From NCBI RefSeq assembly GCF_009834535.1, contig NC_045697.1:86182001-86246000 (forward strand): a DNA stretch of 64,000 nucleotides. The letters are read 5' to 3'. Below are positions 53,222 through 64,000 of the stretch, piece after piece. A program made the translations under genes and the position numbers. Source of the stretch: Camelus ferus. Lineage: Eukaryota. Numbering within the stretch: position 1 is the first letter of the stretch; each line of letters begins with the position of its first letter. Below the pieces are notes generated by a model, which made no database searches, was not told the DNA's origin, and saw only the letters and a list, made by a program, of their open reading frames with translations.

Positions 53222-54298
53222 TTAAAAAATTAGACTTTTGTTTTTAGAGCAGTTTTAGATTCACAGCAGAAATGAGGGCAAGGTATGGAGAGTTCCCATA
53301 TACCCCTGACCCTGACGCAGGCATAACCTTCCCCATTATCAACATCCCCCCCAGAGCAGTACATCTGCTACCACTGATGAACCTACGTTGACATATTTTT
53401 ATCACACAGGGTCCATAGTTTACATTATAGTTCACTTTTGGTGTTGTCCATTCTATGGGTTTGGACAAATTTATAATGACATATTCCATCCCACAGAGTA
53501 GTTTCACCACTCTAAAATCCTCTGTGCTTTGCCTATTCATCCCACCCTCCCGCCTAACCCCTGGCAACCGCTGATCTTTTTATTGTCTCTATAGTTTTGC
53601 CTTTTCCAGAATGTCATACAGTTGGAATTATACAGCCTTTTCAGACTGGCTTTTTTCAATCAGTGATAGGTATTTACATTTCCATCATGTCCTTTCATGG
53701 CTTGATAGTTCATTTCTTTTTAGCACTGAATAATATTCCATTATCTGAATGCAGTACAGTTTATTTATTGATTCACCTACTGAAGGACATCTTGGTTGCT
53801 TCCAAATTTTGGCAATTATGAATAAAGCTGCTATAAATATCTGTGTGCAGGTTTTTGTATAGACATAAGTTTTCAACTCCTTTGGGTAAATACCAAGGAG
53901 TATGATTATTGGATATAGTAAAAGTATGTTTAGTTTCATGAGAACCTTCAAACTGTCTTTCTGAATGACTGTACCATTTTGCATTTCCACCAGCATTGAA
54001 ATAGAGTTCCTGTTGTTCCATGTCCTCACCAGCATTTGGTGTTGTCAGTGGTCTGAATTTTGGCTGTTCTAATAGATGTGTAGTGGTATCTCGTTGTTGT
54101 TATAATTTGAATTTCCCTGATGAGGTATAATACGGAGCATCTTTTCGTATGCTTGTTTGCCATCTGTGTGACTTTGGTAAGGTGTCTGTGGAGATCTTTG
54201 GCCCATTTTTAATCTGGTTGTTTTCTTATGGTTGAGTTTTAAGAGTTCTTTGTATATTTTGGATAACGGTCCTTTATCAGATATGTTTTTTGCAAATA
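53222..54298 (-). mobile_element. Old L1 (L1MB/L1MC-type) ORF2 end and 3'UTR; resumes at about 55106-55135
   Basis: ORF 53685-54035 contains LLGIYPKELKTYVYTKTCTQIFIAALFIIAKIWKQPRCPS (L1 ORF2 C-terminus). Confidence 0.9.
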
Positions 54299-55103
54299 CA
54301 GCAGCTCCCTCTTAACCACAGTTCAATTTTCCATAGTTTGAAAATATTAAACAGAAAATTCCAGAAAACAAACAATTCATAAACTTGACATTGTTCGTTT
54401 TTCTGAGTAGCGTGGTGAAATCTCACACCATCCTCCTCAGGATGTGACTCATCCTTTTATCCAGCGTATTCCGTTTGTCACTTAATAGCCGTCTCAGTTA
54501 TTAGGTCCACTATAGTGGTATCACAGTACTTGTATTGCGTTCAAGTCACCCTTATGTAACTTGATAGTGGCCCCAAAGCACAAGGGTAGTGATGCTGGAA
54601 ATTTGGATATGCCAAAGAGAAACTATAAAGCCAAAAGTTCTTGCCTTAAGGAAAGGAAAAAAATCGTATGCTGAGTTTGCTAAGATTACATACGGTAAGA
54701 ACGAATCCTCTATCCATGAAATCGTGAGGAAAGAAAAAAAATTGATGCTAGTTTTTCTGTTGCACTTCAGACTGCAAAAGTTATAGTCATCACATGTGGT
54801 AAGTGCTTAGTTAAGATGAAAAAGGCATTAAATTTGTACAATAAGCTATTTTAAGAGAGAGACCACATTTACATAACTTTTATCACAGTATGTTGTTATA
54901 ATTGTTCTGCTTTATTAGTTATTGTTGTCAGTTTCTTACTGTGTCTGATTAATTAAAGTTTAATTTATAATTAAACTTTATGATTGGTATGTATAAGAAA
55001 AAACTTAGTGTATATAAATATATAGGGTTGGGTACTATTCATGGTTTCAGGCATCCAGTGGGGGTCTTGGAATGTATCGTTCAAGGACAATGGAGGACTA
55101 CTG
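54299..55103 (+). mobile_element. MER44/Tigger7-family DNA transposon inserted in the L1
   Basis: Ends CAGCAGCTCCCTCTTA and GGAGGACTACTG; internal transposase HTH remnant KKSYAEFAKITYGKNESSIHEIVRKEK. Confidence 0.8.
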
Positions 55104-55155
55104 CATTTTCTCTGTCTGTGGCTTGTCCTTATGCTCTTAATTCTTTGCTTTTTAA

Positions 55156-55314
55156 GTACTTTTTTTCTTTGTTTGTTTTGGGGGGGATTAGGTTGGTTTG
55201 TTTGTTTGTTTGTTTGTTTGTTTGTTTATTTAATGGAGGTACTGGGGATTGAACCCCAGACGTCATGCGTGCTAAGCACACACTCTACCACTGGTCTACT
55301 ACACTCCCCCCACC
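55156..55314 (-). mobile_element. tRNA-Ala-derived SINE (Vic-1-like), copy 11, with (CAAA)n
   Basis: 16-bp TSD ATTCTTTGCTTTTTAA at 55140-55155 and 55319-55334. Confidence 0.9.
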
Positions 55315-55694
55315 CTTGATTCTTTGCTTTTTAAAGTAAACACGAGTCATTAATTTTTCTGAGCAGCATAAACTAGTAAGATGGGAGTGCTGCATATCAG
55401 AACAATTGAACTTGAAAGAGGAGGATCCCTGAACGCACGATGTGATCGTTGATGCTCTAGCGCCTTTTATGCAGGGTTGCCAGTGTTCTCTTAACGATGT
55501 CCACGAATGCTTGCAGCTCTCTTACAGGACCAGGAGGCCTCAGGTAGTTTCCTACTTTAAAACATCTGTTTCGATATTTTCTTTATGAGTCCCAAGTTGG
55601 GAACTCCAACTTTACTTTATCATAGAAATAAGTTGTGAGTGATGGTTACATTTCCCGGACAGCTCACAAATGCTTACTTACACTTGTTTCAGTG

Positions 55695-55935
55695 ACAGTA
55701 TAGGGAAGCAGCTAAGAACATGTACTCCAGGGCAGGGCCTGGAGTCAAATCCCACCTCTGCTGCTCTGTGACATTAGGGAAGCTACTTAACCTCTCTGAG
55801 CTTCAGTTTTTCCCCTGTGAAATGAAGATTATAATCACAGCACCTATTTTATGGGATTGCTGTAAAGATTCTAGATTAATTGCATGGAAACTGTGCCTGG
55901 AACCTAGCAGGTACTGTGTAAGAATTAACTATTAG
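55695..55935 (+). mobile_element. MIR SINE
   Basis: CAAATCCCACCTCTG...TACTTAACCTCTCTGAGCTTCAGTTTT core. Confidence 0.75.
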
Positions 55936-57016
55936 TTCACTATTGTGAAGGATAAAACTAACAATGGAGGTCTGAAGTCTGGGTCCTTGGGCAAGGACCT
56001 GCCATTCTGACTTAGTTGCCCCTCTCAATAAAAGCATTTACTAAATGGTATAATTGTGTTCAGAAAACAGTATTTACTATATTGCACAACTGTTGACTTA
56101 CTTGTCTGTCTCCCCCACTGGACTGTAAGCTCTACTTAAGGCGGGGATGGTGCCTTATTGGACATTGTCACACATGGAATCATAAAACTGGAAACAGTGA
56201 GTGTTCAATAAATGGTAACTAGTAATAGTAGCAGTGGCAGCTGCAGCAGCCAATACTGGGTAAATATTTATAGAATGAAAATCCAGGTGTGAGAAGGAAG
56301 AAGAGGACTTCCTCTGCTTTGGGCACAGTGCCAACTTCAAATGAAGTCTGGGAATGAGCCAAGTTCCTCTTTGGCATCTCTTCTTTCTCTTTCTCTCACA
56401 TCTTTTCCTGCTTTCTGGTGCCTGTCGTCCCTGGCACTTCTGGACTCAGTGCCTTCAGATGGTTTGATTTCTCCCACAATGTTATCTCTCTTGCCGGCTC
56501 TACAGAAAACGTGCGCCCGGCTTTACAGTCACCCTTCTACCCCTGTAGTCAGCTGTTCCTTCAGGGCAGCCAGTCCCAGCTGGCTAGGAAAGGGAACATG
56601 TCTTCATGAATTCACGCTAATGTGTATGAATATCTCAGAGTTCTTAAGCGTCCGAGAGATTTGTGTTTTTCAAAAACTGCAGTGAATATCCATTTAGTGG
56701 GCTTATTAGCTGCATATTAAAGTGAAGCGAAAGGAAGATACTTTTTAGAGGGATGGGGAGGAGTGAGGGACCGCCAAGTAGCAATCCGGCCCGGGGGGAC
56801 TTCCTACAGGGTTTCTGACATTATTCTTCCTGGTCACTAAAGTTACTCTTCCCGAACGTTTTCAATTCGCACCCTCGCCCCCTCGTCAGCATCTCCCCAC
56901 AGCACTGCAAAGAAAGGCTCGCAGTTTGAGGAGGGAGTCGAAATGGGCAAAGAGGCAGAGCTAGAGACGTTCTGTGGAGTCTCAATCTTGAGAAAAAAGG
57001 GACAGAAATTGATTAT

Positions 57017-57534
57017 TGTTGGAAGGCAACGCCCCACAAGTGCCTCACATTTCTATACATTTCTCAGGCAGAGGCAAAGCCTGCCTTTGTTCTGGAATAT
57101 CTTTTCAAAGGTGTGTGTATGGTAAATAGCTTTGGAAGGCAGAGAGGTGTCCCTCTCTGGAGTAAAGAGCAGGTTTGTTGACTGTCCAGTAGAATAAAGA
57201 TAACGCTCCCACTGGGCAAAGGTCAGGCAGGCTAACTGATCGTTACGAAAGATTCGATTCCCGAAGAGTGGGGTTTCCTCTCAGGTAGTGCAACGCACTG
57301 CACGTCCAGAGATCATCTGGCCCTCTTCCTGTCACTTTGTGGGAGTGGGGACTCAGGGAACTGGCACAAATGCTGACACTCCAGCTACTGCTGTTGCCGT
57401 GAGTAATAATATCGCTGTCCTTCGTTTCTGGTCTGGGAGTTTTGTGCCTTCTGCCGTCATCCATGAGACTGTGACTGACTGACATGTTAGTTTGCCAATA
57501 GTGTAACATCTCAGCCCCTTCGTAGTTCTTGACA
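57017..57534 (+). mobile_element. ERVL solo LTR (LTR40-like)
   Basis: TG...CA termini (TGTTGGAAG...GTTCTTGACA); internal CTGCCTTTGTTCTGGAATATCTTTTCAA matches recalled LTR40. Confidence 0.7.
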
Positions 57535-60500
57535 AAGGTTATATTTTACAGATGAAGAAATTCACAGCTCTCCCCAAAGCAGAAATCTTCAAGAGGATAT
57601 TAGGTTCTGAAAGGGAATATAATAACTTCCCACTGGGACTCAATACATTATTTACCAATTAATTTTTCTGTGCTTGCTAATAGCAGTTTTTCTTATGTGA
57701 AATCAGTACCCAGGGAAGTCAATACCCTCTACGTAGTAAGATACAGCTTCGTGTTGACAGTCTGAGGAGTGGCTGGGCACTGCTCCTCAGCCAACACTGC
57801 TCCTCCAGACTTCGAATGCTGCTGTGTTCGGAGATGCGAGGAGAGATGAGGGTGAAGATCTGGCTCTCACTCCCTCCACTTCTGTCTGCATGTACATGCA
57901 GAAGTCAAGTCTGTCCCGCCTCTGTTTTTGGCATGGGCAAGAACAACTGCCTCATCTCAACCCCTGTGATCCCTGCCCACCCCCTTCCAAAACCTATTTA
58001 AAGACATGTTCCTCAAAGTTATATTTGTCCTTCCTTGAGGGAGGGGAATAAGTACTGGAAGCTGGCAGAAATGTGTCTTTGTAAGTCACCTGTTAGAAAG
58101 GGAGTTTGAGAAAGTAGAGTTTTTCAATTTTTCCAGTCATAGTATTTTCACCATTAGTGAAATGAGCTAAAATTGTTTCTTATTTATATTATTTTTGTGT
58201 AGGGTGAATCCTTCAAACATATTAAAAATGGTGATTTAAAATACTCAAGTGTAATTCTCTCTCCTTTTCCTAATCGTATAGCTCTTCAGTGTCCAATTTG
58301 TTCTGTGCTACGTGTGCACCTTTTACACGTTGCAAATGCAATCCTATTCTAAGTTCTGAATCGTTCAGTAATAGAATTAGGATAGAGTTGTTAGTCTCCA
58401 TATTACCAGTTAATGTCCTTTGTTGTGTTTAAAAGCATAATTATCTTATTCACCAACAATGGATGAAGAGAGACTTGACCTTGTGACATGTAACCAGGTC
58501 TAACCAGGTATGGATTTAGGGAAGGGAAAATGGGCCTTAGTTAAACATTCTGGGTATGTAAAGGACAAGGTTTCCCACTGCTTTAAGCCAAGACCTTCCT
58601 CCTCTCCCACCCCATTAACTCTCTCTGATCACCAAATGTAAGTCCTTTATCTTGAAACTCAACTTAGGCTAAAGCATTAAGAGAAAGCAAAAACAAAGAG
58701 AAGTAAATGACTCAGAATTTTCTGCTTTTCTCTACCTGTGTTCACTTGGAATAAATTATCCTGAAAATGTATGAAATATCTACATACATGGATGCTCAGT
58801 GGTCTCATTTTAATGCAAATTTTGATTAAAAATTAAAATTACAAGATATTCACACAGCAACATAAAATATACAGCTCAATTATTAATACTTTTGATATAT
58901 TATAATCAATATAATATCTTTAAGCACTTTAGGGATAAAGTAAAGGGAGGAGATTATACTGTCTAGAAAATCATGAACGCTATGTATTTAAAACATAGCT
59001 TAAAGGACATCTAATCTGATTACCTTATCATACTTCAGTCCCTCTGCACTGTCCTGGCTAAATGTTCATATGTATACGTTAATAGCTTTATTATGTCAAC
59101 AGTTTTTAAAAATGATCCTCCTGTCTGCATAGATTCTTTTTAGTGCAATAAATCTTTTTTTCGAAGATGTTTAGATGCAGGGGAAGAAATTGTGTAGCTT
59201 GTATCTTAATCAATGAGTCAAATCTATGAGTAACTGCCCTTATGAGGAAGGTTGTTGTATCTCTTAGCAATGGAATATGTGTCCCAAGGGGGAAGTTAAG
59301 TGATATCTATGAAGGTTCCTGGGAAGCACTGATGTCCAACACCAGCACTACAAGGACTAACTGGAAAAGTCCAACCCGACCTGTACAAATTAAATCAGGA
59401 CAATTAAGTCTCCATTGAAAGTTTGGGCTTTTAAATTTTGAGCCTTGGGTACAACCCAGTCAGAATGTCTTATGATTGTGAGTTTGTGATGGGGGCGAAG
59501 AGCAATTAATAAAGATCAATGTTATTGTAAACCAGAAAGAAGACAGATTACAGACTTTTGTATACAGTAGATTTAGGTGTGACTACAAAACAGGAGAATG
59601 GTCTGAAATATAATTTGAAATTGGAAGCTTTGACTCTTGGCTTAAATTTGGTTTATCCTGGAAAGGGAGCTTTGTCCAAGGGACTTTGTTGGCTCCCTGT
59701 GAAGGCAGAGCCCAGGCATCATAATAGAAGGAGCTGGTATCTGTATCAAACAAATAATTCCTGCACATGAAATATCCCTCTTAGAAGTTAGACATTAGTC
59801 TTGGCTTCTGAACCACAAATAGGAATCATTTCTTTAGGATGTTTTGTTTGTTTTATGAGGACATTTTTCTCTACTCAGCTAGCAGTAACTGTTTGGCTAG
59901 CAGCTTGAAATTCTGAAATCCCAAGTGAGAGAGAGGCTCACACATCTAAAGAAGATGGCAGCCTCCCAAACCTGCCATAATGGCTTTAATTTTCATGTAA
60001 AGTCAGCTTAGCGAATCACAGGTGGATTTTTACCAAAAATGCACTGAAAGGCTATGCCACCAATAATACCTTATTTAAAAATAATCAGCTCATCCTTGGC
60101 TGGAAATATTATGTGTACTTTAGCCAAATCCATTAGAACCTCAACAAAGACACTTTTGGAGATAATTTGGCAAAAGCTCAATATCCACAAATGAATTGAT
60201 TTCAGGAGGAATAATAAGCTCATAATAATGAGAGTGTATTAAGGATTTATGTATTAGTACCGTTAAGGGAACGAAATGGAGTAGTTTAATTAGAATGACT
60301 TTTTTTGTGAAAACATATAAGAAGATCTTATCCTTGAGTTGAGATCTGTTTCAAAACTACTTTTATATAAATGCAAAATATAAAATTGAGTACAAAATCA
60401 GCAGTACCCAAAGAAATGAAAAATCCCAAAGTACCAATATGGCCATGAATTAAATGATCTTATATATAGAAAATATAAGACTGGTGTATCATACAGCACA

Positions 60501-61269
60501 GTCATGATCGGAGTCCACATACTTTGTGTCCCAGAATCTCCCATCAGCAGCAGCAGCGCTACCCTTTTCTTCTATCCCTTTCTGTTTAATGTGAAGTAAG
60601 CACCTATAGGCTGGTGAGCCTAAATTAAACCCACAAGCAAAGAACAGTGAGATGTCTACCACTCAAAACCCTTCTAAGTCTCCTCATTTCCTCCAGATAA
60701 TATCTTTTACTTAACATGTAAGACCTTTGGTGATCTGGCCCTTGACTATCTTCCCAGCCTTATCTCCTGCTACCTTCCCTTTGAGACTTTGTATATGTGT
60801 TCCCTTTGACTAGAATACATTCATTCAAAAAAATGTATTGAGCACCAATTATATGCCCTTCCGTAAGTATCTGCCTAACAAACTCTTCATCCTTTAAAAC
60901 TCAAAAAATCTCATCCTTGAAGTTTCCTTCCTCAAGGCAAGTTGATAACTCTCCTTTCACCCTTTTAAATAATTCCACCACTGTGTCCTTATATATAACC
61001 CTGGTGCAGACTTGCACACAACGCTGGTGGAACGTAAAGCAACCTTTTTTTGAGGGAATAAAAAGTGAAAAACTACACAAGTGAATATATTCCAATTGTT
61101 AGAAGTTTAAGCAAATGAGTTATTCAAAGTAAGAACTAATAATCTTTTTCACCTTCCACCACCTTCAACCTTACTCTCCTTTTCAGAAATAACTGCAATT
61201 AAGAGTTAGGGGCATATTGTTTCAGGCTTTTTTCTATATGCTTGTATACCTGATAGACAGTTTAATGTA

Positions 61270-61408
61270 TTTAAAAACACAGACTTTGGAGCCAGGCTGT
61301 TTGGGAGAAAATTCAAGCTTTACTCCTTAACATTTTGGGGGCCTTTGGCAAATTACTTAGACTCTCTGTGTCTCAGGTTCCTTATCCTTGTCACCACAAG
61401 AATAACAA

Positions 61409-61455
<47 letters not shown>

Positions 61456-61570
61456 ATAATAATAATAATAATAATAATTAATAATAATAATTAATAATAA
61501 TGCATAGCTGACTGAGTTAATACATAAAACACATAGAACAGTGCGCTGCACATAGTAAGTTCTTTAAAGT
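61270..61570 (+). mobile_element. MIR SINE with an internal (TAG)n(TAA)n microsatellite at about 61409-61500
   Basis: AGACTTTGGAGCCAG...CTCTGTGTCTCAG...CATAGAACAGTGC; a short L1 3' end follows at about 61585-61650. Confidence 0.7.
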
Positions 61571-62329
61571 ATTCATTCGGAAAAAGAATATATAAATATC
61601 ACTTTGCTGTACACCTGAACATTGTAAATCAACTATACTTCAATAAAAAAAGTGTTTGCTCTATATGTCATACAAGTATAGCTTTTTATATTGCTTTTAA
61701 AAATGTATAAATGAAATTATACTATACTTGCTGTTCTGCAAATTTTAATTTTGCTCAGCAATCTATCTATCTTATTTTGTAATGTGAATTTACTGTATGT
61801 GATTTGGCCATTCATTATTTAATTTGTTTCTAAGTTGATTGCTACATGAGAGTATTTTGCAGGAAAATTCCTAAAAATTTGAGTCAAAGTGTATATTCAC
61901 TTCTCGTTTACTTAGGTACTAAGGAATTACCCTTAAGGAGTATGGAATCAATTAAATTCCCATCTGCAGTCCTGACCAGCAGGGGTCCAGAGTGAGTCTA
62001 GTACACTTTGAGTAAGACACATCTCCTGGGTCACACACCCTCATCAACCTCTGATATTGGGCTTCTCTGGCTCCTTATGTCTAACTGCTGAGGTCAGGAA
62101 GGAACACTGAAAGTCCTGAATATCTTCTTTCCCTGCCTCCTAACAGACACAGCCTTCCCATGACCCCACTGTCTGCCTTGAGTCTACCAGGACTATCTTC
62201 ACTATGCCCTTTGTCTACATGTTTACGTCACTCACCACAAGAAACTCCATATTCCAGGTGGCCCCTCCTCTCCCATCAGCTCAGTGCATTTCTTCTTCTC
62301 ACCCCATCTCCCACACACCCTTCACCAAA

Positions 62330-63120
62330 TTCTTGAATCCCTTTCACTGTTCCTTCTGGAATTCAAGATCCATCCTAAGAAAAATCTGCTAATCTTCAAC
62401 TTCTTTTCTGAAAGTTTCCTTCAGCTTCTGGCTTTACAGAAAACCTGGCTATCTTCTGAGGATGCTTTTTGCCCTGCAGTCTTTGAAAGTGGGGGCTATT
62501 TACCACACCGTTTGTATTTATAGACCTGCAATCAGGGTAGATTTCTCTGCAGCTTGACTCTGATGTCATCAAAAGATCTTACTGATTAACTTCATTGGTG
62601 GGACCATCTACCTATGCCTGAGCCACTCCCAATTTCTCTATGATTTTAGCTCCTGACTCACTGTCACTCTCCCCAGCACTTTCCCTGTATTAATTTTTGA
62701 AGATTCAATATATATAGAGATGATATTTCCAACACTCTGGCCTCTCAGTTTCTTGAATTCCTTTCTCTGTCTTGCCCGACACTCTATCTCAGCCATCACT
62801 CCATGTTGTGACCCGAGAATTTGTCATAACCAGTCCATAAAATCCCTCCATAATCTCCATTTCATGCCTTACCCCGATGCTTGCCATTCATTCCCTCTAG
62901 TAGCACAACCCTAGCAATACTTCAGTCTTTCCAGAATCTTGAATTCATTGATCCTACCCCTTTCCCTCTGTTCCCCATGCCCCCTTACTTAACTTAAACT
63001 CTGTGACTGTCATTATTACCACTCCCTGCATAATACCTCCAACTCCCTTGCCCCCTCTTCCTTCCTCATATTCACTTGGCAAAATGAATCTGCTGCACCA
63101 TCCCTCTACTTGTACTTGTA
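62330..63120 (+). mobile_element. L2 LINE relic retaining the ORF2 AP-endonuclease region
   Basis: Across frameshifts: FHCSFWNSRSI...FLQLLALQKTWLSSED, then decayed IY-x-P and GDFN-like segments near 62605-62720. Confidence 0.65.
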
Positions 63121-64000
63121 CAGCTGAGTGAGCTGATTTCATTTAATCACATGAAATCAAGGCTGAGAATAACAGTGGGCTCTTATGCTCTCTGACCATC
63201 ACAACGTGGAAAGCAGTGGGGGATGGAGGCACGAAGAAATAAGTGAAGAGTCGTGTCCTCTTTGGGGAAAGGGTAACCATATAGATTAACTCTAAACGGT
63301 GATGAAAAACAGACATTTAAATGTATGTTATTTATGAGCAACCACGACGGTTTTTACAAATCGCTCTCCCTTCAGGATGTTACTTTACTCTTAAGGATGA
63401 GGACTATGTTTCTTCATTCTTGAGTTCTAGCAACCTAGCACTCAATAAATGCTTGGGAAATTATTTTTGACCAGAATATTCCTTTGTTATAGGCAGTGAT
63501 GTAAATCGACAAAATGGTGGTGGGGGTGGGAATGATGGTGATGATGTGAGTGTAGACACTTCTTAAATGTATCTTATCTAAACATCATCCTCTCAGAACT
63601 TTGATAGTCTTTAATGTCCTTTTTAAGCAATAACTGGTTGTATGTATGAGGCTAGACTTCAAATTTTAATTCTGAGAATATTGTGAATTCTCCAGTGCAG
63701 AAGGCCTAGCTTCTTGGTGAATCTCTGCAGCCCATGGCCCAAATCCATTTTGTGTCTTTTACTCTTGTGACTCTCTTTTATTACTCTTTTATTTGTTGGC
63801 CCATATTAAGGTATAAAGCTACTTTGTGTGCAAGGGATCAAATTGAATAAGAGAATGATAATCTTAGTAATAATCCTTTCACTTAAAGCCTTTCTTTATT
63901 AATAATCTGATGTTTTATCTCCTATTAAAATTTCTGGATTAACAAAAAAGGTCACCAGCTATCAGGAGGGATAACCAATAAAAAGAAGTAGAAGTCAATA

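Noticed and set aside
61357..61551. Poly-Tyr ORF
   Set aside because: Translation of a (TAG)n(TAA)n microsatellite inside a MIR.

Overview
Mammalian nuclear genomic DNA. The window holds the promoter and first nine coding exons of TRPC3 (canonical TRP cation channel 3) on the minus strand. The start codon is at 49632 and the last exon in the window ends at 1435. All introns are GT-AG and the exons join in one open frame (215+772+189+165+217+234+265+196+210 = 2463 nt, 821 codons). The remaining 3' exons lie to the left of the window. About 14 kb of upstream intergenic DNA (50.1-64 kb) has no credible gene. Eleven tRNA-Ala(AGC)-derived SINEs look like the camelid Vic-1 family, so the species is probably a camel, alpaca or llama (inference). 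The rest is introns with L1, HAL1, L2, MIR, MER5, Tigger and LTR relics. I found no clearly new biological system. The most interesting unexplained signals are: a local duplication that builds five TTCTTGGAA (STAT5/BCL6-type) sites upstream of exon 2; two uORFs plus a (CGG)8 repeat upstream of the start codon; an in-frame upstream ATG in front of exon 2; inverted SINE pairs around pore-region exons; and a twin-primed L1 that was later split by a Tigger2 element. Repeat family names and comparisons with human TRPC3 come from recall, not database searches.
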